Numbered from the stretch's first letter, positions 48,368 through 58,790 are shown. The stretch is 64,000 bases of DNA from Waterburya sp. (GCA_965217895.1 CBDCJV010000002.1:448001-512000), one strand, 5' to 3'. The notes: generated by a model not told the origin, from the sequence alone. Numbers and translations: made by a program.

Positions 48368-50427
48368 AGCTAATTAATCTGCAACTATGCAACTTTAGAC
48401 AATTTTATGGCAAAACGATCCAAATCAAATTTGCTAGTGGAGAAAAAAATACGACGGTTATTTATGGCAATAATGGTGCAGGAAAAACGTCGATTCTTAA
48501 TGCTTTTACCTGGGTGCTATACGAAAAGTTTACCGCTGCTTTTGCCTTTCCCGAACTATTAGTTAATCAACGTGCTGTTACGGAGGCGCAAGCAGATCGG
48601 GCGGTGGAATGCTGGGTAGAGCTACAGTTTGAGCGCGATCGCAAACTTTATCAGCTCAAGCGTAAGTGTTACGCTAGCAAAAATACAGCCAATCAGATTC
48701 AATACAGCCAAACTAAGCTGTTTATGCTAGTTGCGGGGGATGATGGACGTTGGTATCCACCTCTTGAGTCTCCAGAAGATATTATTGACAGGATTTTACC
48801 TGCAAGCCTGCATCAATATTTTTTCTTTGATGGCGAAAGGATTGACAGTTTTTTTCGCCATAATCAGCATCATAGTATTGCTGAAGATACTAAAGAATTG
48901 TTAGGAGTAAAGGTTTTAGATCGGGCAATAGAACATTTGAAAAAAGCCAAGCGAACTTTACAAGAAGAATTACAGGAGTTAGGAGATACTAAAACTAAGC
49001 AGTTGGTAAAACAGCAAATTAAATTAGAGCAAGAAAGCGAAAATTTGGCACAGCGTAAAAACGGAATAATTGCTAAAGTTACCCAGCTTGAAGAACGTAA
49101 ATCTAGTTTATCTAATCAGCTTTTAGAAGCTAGTGGTGCAGATAAAATACAAGAGTTAAAAAATAAGTTAGTTAAACAGGAAGCAGCAGTTAAAAAAGAT
49201 ATTATTCAAAGTAAGGATAAGCTTAAAAAAAGCATTTCTCAAGATAGCTATCTAGTCTTTTTGCCCGATCTAAATAATAAGTTTGTTAAATTGCTGGAGC
49301 AGTTACGCGATCGCGGTCAATTATCTAGCGGCATCAAACAAGAATTTATTCAACAATTGTTACAGCAAAAAAGCTGTATTTGTGGTGCAGAATTGAAACC
49401 AGATACAGATGCCTATCAAAAGGTAAAATCTTGGCTAAAAAAAGTAGAAATAAAAAATGTGGAAGAATCTGCTATTCGTTTAGAAACTCAGGTAAGCAAA
49501 ATTAAATCTCGCTCAGATATATTTTGGCAACAATTAGACCAGCAGCAGGTAGAAATAAAGCATCAATATTTAGAAATAAATCGTCTAGAATCAGAAATAA
49601 CCAAAACTAATAAACAGCTAAAAAGCTATCCTGATCGAGATATTCAACAGCTACAGCAAAAAATAGAGCAAATCGAATCGCAGCTTAAAAAACTGATTTT
49701 GGAACAGGGGATAAATCAACAGCAGCAAAGCGATCGCGCCTCACAATTAAGCAAGCTAGCTCAAACAATATCCCAACATCAGCTAACCGAAAATAAGCAG
49801 AAATTGGCACAAAGGCGCATCGATCTAACTCAAGAATCTATTGTCAGATTAAACGAAGTAAGAACTCGTTTAGAACAGCAATTTAGATTAGCTTTAGAGC
49901 AAAAGGTTCAAGAAATATTTAGCTTTATTTCTTTTACTCCCTATCTACCCAAACTAAGCTCTAATTACGAACTAACTTTAGTCGAAAACACATCGGGAGT
50001 AGAAGTACCTGTTGCAGCTTCGACTGGAGAAAATCAAATTCTTAGCCTCTCGTTTATTGGCGGTATAATCGATCGCGTTAGACAGTGGAGTCAGCGAAAT
50101 ACCTTAGTAGGTTATGATAGCAGTACCTTTCCCATCGTCATGGATTCTCCTTTCGGCAGTTTAGATCAGGTTTATCGACGACAGGTAGCCAAAGCTATTC
50201 CCGAACTCGCCAATCAATTAGTGATTTTGGTAACTAAAACCCAGTGGCTAGGGGAAGTAGCAACAGAAACACGCTCGCGAATCGCCCAAGAATATGTCTT
50301 AACCTACTATTCACCAAAGACAAACTGTGAACCAGACTATATCAATCTTCAGCAGCAAGATTACCCTTTAGTTCAACCTAGCGGTAATAATTTTGAGTAC
50401 ACGAAAATTATGGCAATTAAAAATTAA
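48364..50427 (+). CDS. SMC/Rad50/DndD-like coiled-coil ABC ATPase
   Basis: NFRQF; GNNGAGKT; YFFFDGERI; central CICG hook-like motif; signature ASTGENQ; Walker B/D-loop IVMDSPFGSLD. Confidence 0.88.
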   Translation: MKLINLQLCNFRQFYGKTIQIKFASGEKNTTVIYGNNGAGKTSILNAFTWVLYEKFTAAFAFPELLVNQRAVTEAQADRAVECWVELQFERDRKLYQLKRKCYASKNTANQIQYSQTKLFMLVAGDDGRWYPPLESPEDIIDRILPASLHQYFFFDGERIDSFFRHNQHHSIAEDTKELLGVKVLDRAIEHLKKAKRTLQEELQELGDTKTKQLVKQQIKLEQESENLAQRKNGIIAKVTQLEERKSSLSNQLLEASGADKIQELKNKLVKQEAAVKKDIIQSKDKLKKSISQDSYLVFLPDLNNKFVKLLEQLRDRGQLSSGIKQEFIQQLLQQKSCICGAELKPDTDAYQKVKSWLKKVEIKNVEESAIRLETQVSKIKSRSDIFWQQLDQQQVEIKHQYLEINRLESEITKTNKQLKSYPDRDIQQLQQKIEQIESQLKKLILEQGINQQQQSDRASQLSKLAQTISQHQLTENKQKLAQRRIDLTQESIVRLNEVRTRLEQQFRLALEQKVQEIFSFISFTPYLPKLSSNYELTLVENTSGVEVPVAASTGENQILSLSFIGGIIDRVRQWSQRNTLVGYDSSTFPIVMDSPFGSLDQVYRRQVAKAIPELANQLVILVTKTQWLGEVATETRSRIAQEYVLTYYSPKTNCEPDYINLQQQDYPLVQPSGNNFEYTKIMAIKN

Positions 50428-50514
50428 TATTAATAAATTTTTCAACAATTAAGTTATAACTGTATCGGTTGCTATACCAATCAGTTACGGGAGAAGAATA
50501 GGAGAAAAACGACA

Positions 50515-51150
50515 ATGCTTTTCTTAGATTATACACAAGTCAAATACTGCAAGTTGAAAAATAATGATCGAGCCATAACAGGACTTATTTATAATGGTAA
50601 TGTCTTTACCAGAGCCAAAGCTTTTCCCAAAGAAGAATTAGAAGCAGCTATCAAAGAATGTAGAGAAGAATACTTAGATCACGAAGAACGTTCTAAAATT
50701 GCTACTTTACTAGTTAAAGATAAAAATTCTGTCGGAATTTGGATGCAAAGCGATCGCTTTAAAGCGTCTGATGCTATAGCTTCTAGTGAAGAAAAGCAAT
50801 CACCTGATGCAAAATTGTCTTCAGCTAGTTCTAGTCAGCCAAAATCAGACCTGAGCAAAATTAGTGTTCGGCAAATAGCATCAGAAATGCGTTCAGAAAC
50901 AGGCGTAGAAATTAAAACTCGCCGTTACAAACTTAAGCTATATCAGCGTTGTTTTTTAGGCAATGAGGCTGTAGATTGGATTGTCAAACGAGTTAACATT
51001 TCTCGTGCTGATGCGGTTAGATTAGGTCAAAAAATGCTGGACAAAAACATTTTTGACCATGCAACAAACGAACATCAATTCAAAGATGAAGAGTTGTTTT
51101 ACCGTTTCCGAGATGATGAAGGTAAAAGTTTATGGAATAGCAAAATTTAA
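50515..51150 (+). CDS. DEP-domain protein
   Basis: C-terminal IKTRRYKLKLYQRCFLGNEAVDWIV...SRADAVRLGQKML...H...HQFKDEELFYRF is a DEP consensus; AGGAG RBS. Confidence 0.8.
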   Translation: MLFLDYTQVKYCKLKNNDRAITGLIYNGNVFTRAKAFPKEELEAAIKECREEYLDHEERSKIATLLVKDKNSVGIWMQSDRFKASDAIASSEEKQSPDAKLSSASSSQPKSDLSKISVRQIASEMRSETGVEIKTRRYKLKLYQRCFLGNEAVDWIVKRVNISRADAVRLGQKMLDKNIFDHATNEHQFKDEELFYRFRDDEGKSLWNSKI

Positions 51151-51160
51151 TTGCATTTCC

Positions 51161-52381
51161 CTAACTTAAAAAATCGATCTGATTATTAGGCTTAAAGTTG
51201 GGAAAAACTTGACTCAGGCGATCGCCTGCAACAGACAAATGATTTTCTAAAACGTGAGCAATTATTTCTCTATAATCTGTAGTTACAGACAAATCTCGAT
51301 CCTGATCAAGCTCAGGCTCATCTAAACCTTTCCATTCTCCATAGACTTTTCCCCCACGAACTCCTCCTCCCAAAAGCATCATCACGTTGCCATATCCATG
51401 ATCTGTTCCTTTGGAGTCATTTTCTTTGAGAGTACGACCAAATTCTGATAAAACAACAATTACCGTATCGTTATAAATTGGCTCCAATCCTTTGACCAGA
51501 GTTGCTAGACCTTCGCCAAAAGAAGGTAATAATCGATTAAGAATTGCACTTTCATTCACATGAGAATCCCAGCCACCTATGTCCATGAATGCCAATTGAG
51601 TTTTAGTGCTGCCCACCATTAACTTTGCTACTTCGCCTGCATCATCGACAAAAGCGTTGACGTTTTTGGCTTGACGAGAAGAGGATTTCATTTCCTGACT
51701 CAATTCTGTCAAAATTTTCTCTCTGACCTTACGCCCATCCTGATAAGCTTTGCTCAAGTCATCGGTTCCACCATATAATTCATCAAAAGCTTTACTTACG
51801 TTAACATTGTCAGTAGGAATAGCTCTTGTTGAGTTTTTGCCAGGTTTTATGCTCGCAATATTCATTTTCCCCTTGAGTATGTAAGGGGTAGTAATACCGA
51901 CGTTAAGAGCTTGAGTGGCTTCTTCTTGAGGTAGTTCTGCTAAAAGCCGATTCATCCAACCATCGGCAGTGTTTCTAATTCCTGGAGTACCATTTTCAAT
52001 ATAGTCCTGAGCTTGAAAATGAGAACGCTCAACAATTGGTAAACCACTCGCATGAACAAAAGCCAAACTTTTCTGTTGCCAAAGGGGCATCAAATCTTTT
52101 AGGTGAGGATGCAGACCAAAAAAGCCGTCAAGATCCAGCACACCATCTTTTTCCTGGGGATAGGGGATGGCAATAGTTGGTCTTGCTAAATAATAATCTT
52201 TCTCTTGATAAGGAACAACCAGATTTAAACCATCAACTCCCCCCCGTAACAATACCACCACCAAACGTTGAGGATTAGCTGACTGGCTAAGTCCCTGAGC
52301 AGCCCAGCTATTTAAACCGATGGGAACTAAAATTCCTGTAGTTACCAAACTGGCTGCGGTCAAAAATTTTCTTCTTTTCAT
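51161..52381 (-). CDS. DUF1501 family protein, Tat-exported
   Basis: MKRRKFL Tat signal; LRGGVDGL; RSHF.AQ; GGWDSH; SEFGRT; GTDHG. Confidence 0.9.
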   Translation of the reverse strand: MKRRKFLTAASLVTTGILVPIGLNSWAAQGLSQSANPQRLVVVLLRGGVDGLNLVVPYQEKDYYLARPTIAIPYPQEKDGVLDLDGFFGLHPHLKDLMPLWQQKSLAFVHASGLPIVERSHFQAQDYIENGTPGIRNTADGWMNRLLAELPQEEATQALNVGITTPYILKGKMNIASIKPGKNSTRAIPTDNVNVSKAFDELYGGTDDLSKAYQDGRKVREKILTELSQEMKSSSRQAKNVNAFVDDAGEVAKLMVGSTKTQLAFMDIGGWDSHVNESAILNRLLPSFGEGLATLVKGLEPIYNDTVIVVLSEFGRTLKENDSKGTDHGYGNVMMLLGGGVRGGKVYGEWKGLDEPELDQDRDLSVTTDYREIIAHVLENHLSVAGDRLSQVFPNFKPNNQIDFLS

Positions 52382-52412
52382 GACTATTTTTTAAGTGAAG
52401 ATTGAGTAAAAC

Positions 52413-53918
52413 TTATCGATACATTGCTTCAGGACTGCCTAAAATAATTGCCGAACGAAGTTTTCTAGGTGTTTTGGAGATTACTTGCTTTGTCTTGTCA
52501 GAAAGATCATCATAATTGCTGATTAACTGCTTGTATTGAATAGGTTGCTCGCGATTTAAAACGCCATTGGCGATCGCTGTTGCAAAGCCTATCCTTTGTA
52601 AAATTGCCTGGGAATTTAACCAAACATCTTGAGTATTTTTATAGCCAATAGGTGCAACACACATATATGTTGGCATAGACAGACTAATCAACATTCCTCT
52701 GATCCTTTTCCAATTAGGCTGCTTGATTTCTCCTGTTCTAACCAAGGAAACTATATATTGAAACGGAGTTTGGAATTTTTGCCTGTAATACTGAGGATCA
52801 TCCAATTCTGGAGCGTGAATCAAAGTATCCATAACAACTTTAATGTTGCCATCACTTTGCAAAAACTTTTGAGCTAGTTTATCTACCAAGCTTGAGGGTG
52901 GCTCATCAGCAACAAAGTACTGTGCCAATTTATAGCTGATAAATTTAGCGGTGGCAGGATGAGTTGCTAAAATGTCCAAAGCTTGCTGTCCTTCTGCAAT
53001 GCCATTAGGCTCAATTTTATGACCCAAAAATACCTTTTCACTGTGGTCGTGACGTTTTTCATCAAAGAAAAAGCTTTGTTGGTCTTCTCCTCGAACATTT
53101 ATACTCCATCCCGTAAAAATTTTGGCAAGCTCTATTACGTCCTCCTGAGTGTAGCCACCGTCAACACCTAAGGTATGTAACTCCATTAATTCACGGGCAT
53201 AGTTTTCATTGAGGTTTTTAACAGCTTTTTTAGTCCCAGAAGCCTCAGACACTCTATTTCGCTGATTGTCTAAATAAATAAGCATTGCTGGGTGAGTTGC
53301 TGTTACTGACAACAAATCGCGAAATTTGCCAAAGGCATTGGTTCTAAGCTTATTTTCATAATCGTTTACCCATAAAGCTACTGTCCCTTTGCCAGCAAAT
53401 ACATTAAAGTGATTAAACCAAAAATCCACCATCACTTCTTGCAGTTGCCTATTAGAATAGATAGCTCTTGCTAGGTGAGCATCCATTGCTTCTTCTCTAA
53501 GTTTGGCGTGTATTTCTTTCCTGGCTTTTTCCATTTCCAATTGCCTTGCGACAGATAGCTTTTGCTTTTTTATTTTTTGACTGTCAGCAAATTCGTTTCT
53601 TTGTAATTCAATCGGCTGCTGGCTAACAAACTTTGGTTTAGCTAAATAATTTTCTAATTCAGAGGATTCTGTAATACTTTCTGGGTTAAGTTGAGACTGA
53701 ATATAGGCTTCTATTCCTTCCTTTTTTGCTTGTTTCAATTGTGCTGAATTAACACCAAAGCTCAGACGATCCAAAATGTGTCTTTGGCTAGTCTGAGATA
53801 GCTCACTTTTGCCTACGGTAACGTTAATTAAGCCAAAGCACAGAAGCAAGCTACAAATTATAGTTAAGATGCCATACCGTAGTTTATGTTTCATAATCTG
53901 TTGCAAAACGAGCAGCAA
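52413..53918 (-). CDS. DUF1800 family protein
   Basis: RQLQEVMVDFWFNHFNV; HPAMLIYLDN; NENYARELMELHTLGV; paired with DUF1501. Confidence 0.9.
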   Translation of the reverse strand: MLLVLQQIMKHKLRYGILTIICSLLLCFGLINVTVGKSELSQTSQRHILDRLSFGVNSAQLKQAKKEGIEAYIQSQLNPESITESSELENYLAKPKFVSQQPIELQRNEFADSQKIKKQKLSVARQLEMEKARKEIHAKLREEAMDAHLARAIYSNRQLQEVMVDFWFNHFNVFAGKGTVALWVNDYENKLRTNAFGKFRDLLSVTATHPAMLIYLDNQRNRVSEASGTKKAVKNLNENYARELMELHTLGVDGGYTQEDVIELAKIFTGWSINVRGEDQQSFFFDEKRHDHSEKVFLGHKIEPNGIAEGQQALDILATHPATAKFISYKLAQYFVADEPPSSLVDKLAQKFLQSDGNIKVVMDTLIHAPELDDPQYYRQKFQTPFQYIVSLVRTGEIKQPNWKRIRGMLISLSMPTYMCVAPIGYKNTQDVWLNSQAILQRIGFATAIANGVLNREQPIQYKQLISNYDDLSDKTKQVISKTPRKLRSAIILGSPEAMYR

Positions 53919-54102
53919 TTTACAATTTATTTGCTCTCATTGTAATTTTTTTTTTTACTTTTGGTTAAGCTTGGGTTGTTTGACAAACCTTAACGATACA
54001 TTGCTTTAGGACTACCTAAAATAAGGGCAGAATAAAGAAGCTTTGACTATTAGCAATTACCTTTCTGATGTGTGCAGAAAGCTCTCCCAGGTTTGTTGCT
54101 AT

Positions 54103-54189
54103 GTATTGTGCCAATTTATAGCTGATAAATTGCGTGGTGGCAAGATGAGTTGGCAGAATGCCAAAAGCTTGTTGCTCTTCTGCAATGCC
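54103..54189 (-). pseudogene. Diverged duplicate fragment of the DUF1800 gene
   Basis: gtattgtgccaatttatagctgataaatt...cttctgcaatgcc aligns to 52917-53003. Confidence 0.75.
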
Positions 54190-54196
54190 TTAGTGA

Positions 54197-54859
54197 TTAT
54201 TGTTTGAGAGCTAAGGTTAAGCCGTCAGCGATCGCCAGCATACTAATATCTACTCTTTGGTCTTGATGTAGTTTTTGATTGAACTCCCGCAGAGCAACCG
54301 TTCTTTTATCTGTATCTTCAGAATCCGCGACGCTTCCAGACCACAATACATTGTCGATCGCAATTATTCCCCCAGGACGCAGAAGCGTTAAAGCTCGTTC
54401 GTAATAGTTGAGATAATTGCTTTTATCAGCATCTATGAAGGCAAAGTCAAAGCTACTAATTTCTCCTTCAGCTATTAACTGGTCGAGAGTATCTAAAGCT
54501 GGTGCTAGACGAAAATCAATTTTGTGTTCGACTCCTGCTGCTTGCCAATAGCGACGAGCGATCGCCGTAGCTTCAGGATCGCGATCGCAAGCCACTACTT
54601 TTCCGTCTTCTGGCAATGCTAAGGCTACTACCAAAGAGCTATAGCCAGTAAAAACGCCAATATCAAGGGTTTTCTTCGCTTTTAATAATTTGACGAGCAA
54701 TGCCATAAACTGTCCCTGATCGGCAGAAATTTGCATCACGCTGGCAGGGTGGCGATCTGTTTCTTCTCTTAGCTTGCTTAAAATTTCAGGCTCTCGTAAC
54801 GATACTGAAAGCAAGTATTTGTATACACGATCGTCCAATTCCAAACTTTGCTTACTCAT
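54197..54859 (-). CDS. Caffeoyl-CoA-type O-methyltransferase
   Basis: LDIGVFTGYS; FDFAFIDADK; GGIIAIDNVLW; DGLTL. Confidence 0.92.
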   Translation of the reverse strand: MSKQSLELDDRVYKYLLSVSLREPEILSKLREETDRHPASVMQISADQGQFMALLVKLLKAKKTLDIGVFTGYSSLVVALALPEDGKVVACDRDPEATAIARRYWQAAGVEHKIDFRLAPALDTLDQLIAEGEISSFDFAFIDADKSNYLNYYERALTLLRPGGIIAIDNVLWSGSVADSEDTDKRTVALREFNQKLHQDQRVDISMLAIADGLTLALKQ

Positions 54860-54908
54860 AATCCTCTAAATACTTCATGGTCTAATACAAATACCACTTA
54901 AGCAAATC

Positions 54909-57203
54909 TTATTCAGGCTGATTAATTCTAACTTTTTGCCAAAGCATCTGCTTTTCCGCACGGGCGATCGCTTTATAGGTTCGCTCTACCGCTTCTGATT
55001 CAACGGAAATGACATCAATTCCCCAATCTATGAGTTTGGCAATCAAATCAGGATATTCTACTGGTGCTTGACCACATATACAGCATTCTATGTTGTTAGC
55101 TTTAGCCGTAGCAATTAACTCAGAAATTGCCCTGTGCATGGCAGGATGATTGGCGTTTAAACCGCGATCGCTAAATTCAGTCTGCTCGCGATCTGCTCCC
55201 AGTAGCAGTTGAGTTAGATCGTTAGTACCAATTGCAATTCCTTGGACACCTGCACGAACGTATTCAGGTAATAACAAAATTACTGAAGGCACTTCTGCCA
55301 TGATCCAAACTTTAAATGACTTTCTGCTGATTAAACCAATATTTTTCAGCCGACGATAACAAAACTCAAACTCTTCTACGCTGCGAACAAAAGGTAAGAT
55401 TAAATTAAGATTGCTATAGCCTTCGGCTGTGATAGTTGCTAATGCCTTTAGCTCTAAATCAAATAAGGACGGATCGCGGGTGTAACTATATGTACCTCGA
55501 TTACCCAAAATTGGATTTGAATCTTGGGCATACCAATCCATAGACCGATAAAATACAGGACGAGAGGCAAAAGCACTGACAAACTGACGTAAAGAATTAG
55601 TTAGGGTGTTCAAAAAATTGAGGCGATCTAATTCTGGCTGTTGTCGAGCAAAAAACTGAGGAGTTAATAACTCTGCAAGCATCAATTCAGAGCGCAACAA
55701 GCCAACTCCATCTATAGGTAGATCGAGAACCTTGGTAATACTTTCTGGTTGAGAAAGATTAACCATTAGCTTAGTGGCAATGGGATGGCTGGGATCGAGT
55801 AAATGATCGTTGGGCAAATGAGTTAGAAATAAATGCCTAGCTGCTGCGGGATAAACTTTGCCATCATTTCCGTTTAACAATACCTCAATTCCAGCCTGAA
55901 GGATTTTAGTGGCATCAACGGCGTTGACTATAGCAGGAATATTCAATTCTCTAGCGACAATTGCTCCATGACTAGTTGTACCTCCAGTTTCGGTAATAAT
56001 TCCGCCAACTTGTTTAATCAGAGCTATATGACGGGGTTCAATAGCTTTAGTTACCAAGATGCAGCCTGGAAAAATCGGCATAGAGTGGCTATCAGAGTGA
56101 GCATCAAAATCTTCAACTATTACAGTCTTCGCCAAAACAGTACCTGGAGAAGCAGCAACACCATCCAATAGAGATGATACAGATGATGAGGGTAATACTT
56201 GAGCTAATCGATTGGCTAGTAAAGTAGAACCAGCAGGCAGGCGATCGCTCAATTGAGTAAAGTAAAACTGTGGAAGAGACTGATATTCTATTTCTGGTGC
56301 AGTCCAAACTAAATATTTAACCTGCGGTTGTTTATCTAGAATAATCTGAGTTAATTGAAGCAGTTTGGCGATCGCCCTTTGCTCTAAAACATACTTCTCT
56401 GTATGGGTTTCAGCAGGCAGATAGGCTTCTAAGCAATCGTTAGCTGGTCTATTTAAATCTGTATGTTTAAGTTTATAAGCATAATTTTTATGACCCAAGG
56501 ATCTTGATAAAATATAGCCTGTAGCTCGATCTATATAATATTCATCTGGCTCAACGTCTCCCTGCAGTAAACTTTGTTCTAAACCCCAGCTAGCTTTAAT
56601 TCTTGCTACATTTAAATTAAGTTCAATTATGCCTGAAGCGTAAGCGGGCTGGAGTGGTCTAACTAAGATTGCTAAATCGATGTCTTTGATGCTTAATCCT
56701 AATTTATGCCAATACAATAGGCTGCTGGCGGTAAATAATTCTGACCAGATTTTTTTAAGTGCTATGGTTAAAGCTTGAGGATTATTATTGCAAGTATGAG
56801 ATCTCCATAAGCCCAGACTTCCCTGCTGCTGACAAGGAACTGTTACAAAGGGTTGGAGAATGAAGCTATCTGAATTGAACTGTTGTGCAGCCTGGGATAT
56901 TTCTGTTAACCATGAATCAGGCAATGGATATTGGCTAATAATCTCACGGCTACGTTGGGCGATTAATTGTAAAGCCGAAGAGCGATCATTAACTGAAAGT
57001 GAAGGAGAATTTGGCAAATGACCAACCAATAACTCTCCATGCTTTAAATCAGCTAAAAATTGCTTTAATAAACTGTGATCTAAAACAAATCCAGGTAAAA
57101 TCGGGCATTCATGTTGAAGTAATTGGCTGAGAATAAACAAATTATTCCCAACCAAATGTTGTTCTGAAAGCTGAATTTGTGAAAGCCAATAAATATAGCT
57201 CAC
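54909..57203 (-). CDS. PEP synthase-like (PpsA/PEP-utilising) protein with a degenerate N-terminal domain
   Basis: GGTTSHGAIVARE phospho-His domain; DGVGLLRSE; MAEVPS; IGTNDLTQ; ICGQAP. Confidence 0.8.
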   Translation of the reverse strand: MSYIYWLSQIQLSEQHLVGNNLFILSQLLQHECPILPGFVLDHSLLKQFLADLKHGELLVGHLPNSPSLSVNDRSSALQLIAQRSREIISQYPLPDSWLTEISQAAQQFNSDSFILQPFVTVPCQQQGSLGLWRSHTCNNNPQALTIALKKIWSELFTASSLLYWHKLGLSIKDIDLAILVRPLQPAYASGIIELNLNVARIKASWGLEQSLLQGDVEPDEYYIDRATGYILSRSLGHKNYAYKLKHTDLNRPANDCLEAYLPAETHTEKYVLEQRAIAKLLQLTQIILDKQPQVKYLVWTAPEIEYQSLPQFYFTQLSDRLPAGSTLLANRLAQVLPSSSVSSLLDGVAASPGTVLAKTVIVEDFDAHSDSHSMPIFPGCILVTKAIEPRHIALIKQVGGIITETGGTTSHGAIVARELNIPAIVNAVDATKILQAGIEVLLNGNDGKVYPAAARHLFLTHLPNDHLLDPSHPIATKLMVNLSQPESITKVLDLPIDGVGLLRSELMLAELLTPQFFARQQPELDRLNFLNTLTNSLRQFVSAFASRPVFYRSMDWYAQDSNPILGNRGTYSYTRDPSLFDLELKALATITAEGYSNLNLILPFVRSVEEFEFCYRRLKNIGLISRKSFKVWIMAEVPSVILLLPEYVRAGVQGIAIGTNDLTQLLLGADREQTEFSDRGLNANHPAMHRAISELIATAKANNIECCICGQAPVEYPDLIAKLIDWGIDVISVESEAVERTYKAIARAEKQMLWQKVRINQPE

Positions 57204-57225
57204 TGGTTTAACTCACAAAGTGAGT

Positions 57226-57257
57226 AGCTATAAGCTATAAGCTATAAGCTATAAGCT
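57226..57257 (+). repeat. STRR heptamer (AGCTATA)x4 plus a partial copy
   Basis: agctata agctata agctata agctata agct in the intergenic space. Confidence 0.85.
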
Positions 57258-57270
57258 TGGATTAAAGATT

Positions 57271-58185
57271 TTAATTGACAGCTACTAGCTCTTGCTCTTT
57301 AACTAAAGCTTTTGCCAAAAATTCCTCGGTTAGTTTGACAAATGCTTTTGAACCTCCAGAGTTTGGCATCGCTACCGAGACTGGAGTAAATAAATCTACT
57401 GCCTTAGCAACATTAACGTCCATCGGAATTGACTGCTCAAATAGCTGCTCTGGATAAAAGTCATCGCGGACTCTTTTCATCACCTGCTTATAATATCTGC
57501 CCATCAACCCACCAGCAGAAAGGATAAAGACGATTCCTAAAAGATTGACATCTATTGGTTGTGTATGTTTGTGACTTTCTCTTAGTTTAGCGATTCTTCT
57601 TTCCAAAAGCTGAATTCCCACTAAGGACAAAGGTTCAGGACGAGCAGGCAGAAGATAAAAATCACTAGCAGCAATACCGCTACGAGTTAGCAAGTTATAT
57701 CCAGGGGCGCAGTCGAGGATAATAAAGTCATAATTATCGGCTATTGGCTCAATAATATTTTGAATTAAAATTCTCTCAAAATTATCCCAAACTTTTTGGA
57801 ACTCTTCTGCTTCACATTCAACTGCTTGTTGGTGCAGCATTTCTGAGACTTGATACTCATCATAAAGTTCAATATCTCCTGGAAGTAGCTCCAGACCATC
57901 TATGCCACAAACATTAGTCACAATAATATCTTGAACTTCTAATTTGCTCCAAGGATTAGGATTAATTACATTGTCAAGAAGATAGCTAAGAGTATGTTTT
58001 TTCTTACGCAACTTCGCAAAATCGTGGGGCGAAAGCAAGCTTAAGGTAGCACTAATTTGAGAATCTAAGTCTAAAACTAATACACGCTTGTTGTGTTTCT
58101 GAGCCAAACAGGTTGCAAGATTAACGGTTAAAGTAGTTTTGCCTACTCCTCCTTTCATGTTGACGGTGCTTATAATAGTTCCCAT
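57271..58185 (-). CDS. ParA family ATPase
   Basis: NMKGGVGKTT; LDLDSQ; IILDCAPG. Confidence 0.9.
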   Translation of the reverse strand: MGTIISTVNMKGGVGKTTLTVNLATCLAQKHNKRVLVLDLDSQISATLSLLSPHDFAKLRKKKHTLSYLLDNVINPNPWSKLEVQDIIVTNVCGIDGLELLPGDIELYDEYQVSEMLHQQAVECEAEEFQKVWDNFERILIQNIIEPIADNYDFIILDCAPGYNLLTRSGIAASDFYLLPARPEPLSLVGIQLLERRIAKLRESHKHTQPIDVNLLGIVFILSAGGLMGRYYKQVMKRVRDDFYPEQLFEQSIPMDVNVAKAVDLFTPVSVAMPNSGGSKAFVKLTEEFLAKALVKEQELVAVN

Positions 58186-58425
58186 GTTTGAAATTCCTAA
58201 CAGTCCTTGTTAACGTTAGTGTGCCAGAATATATTGTGGCAACAATAAATCATAATATTTCCTAAAGTTTTTTTGGTCGATGCTGATTTATTTATAGGTT
58301 CGTAAGCAAGATTGTTCGTAGCTGTTAGCCATTAGCTCTAAGCTTTTTATTAAATTTCTTACTTTAATTTGGGAACACTAGCTTATATGTAGCTTAATTA
58401 AGCTAGTCGATCTGAGGTATTAGGC

Positions 58426-58788
58426 ATGACTCACTATAAATTTAATCCTAGGAATCATATCTGTTCACTGGTTTGGACGGTGTTTCTCTTAATTACCGTT
58501 ACCAAAGAAACCAAGACGATCAACGGTATTACCTGCGCAGCTTTATTTGGCTTGCCTACCATTGTGGCAGGAATTAATCTACGGGAAAAAGCCGATCGCA
58601 ACAAGCGCATCCAAATTATTAAAATGATTACAGAAAAGCAAATGCTCACTGCCAGTCAAACGGCAAACATCTTAGATATTCCCGCTAGTGAGGCTCAGAC
58701 ATTACTCAGTCAGCTCTATCGAGAATCAAGAATCAACGTCAGTAATCGCAGTGAAGACATGGCTGTTGTTTATATTCCCATGAATTAA
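58426..58788 (+). CDS. Hypothetical membrane protein with a C-terminal winged-helix-like segment
   Basis: Two hydrophobic segments, then LTASQTANILDIPASEAQTLLSQL; GAGG RBS; directly upstream of folK. Confidence 0.55.
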   Translation: MTHYKFNPRNHICSLVWTVFLLITVTKETKTINGITCAALFGLPTIVAGINLREKADRNKRIQIIKMITEKQMLTASQTANILDIPASEAQTLLSQLYRESRINVSNRSEDMAVVYIPMN

Positions 58789-58790
58789 TT

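Noticed and set aside
48364..50427. Calling a complete dnd phosphorothioation or SbcCD system
   Set aside because: No dndB/C/E or SbcD partner in the window; only the ATPase fold is supported.
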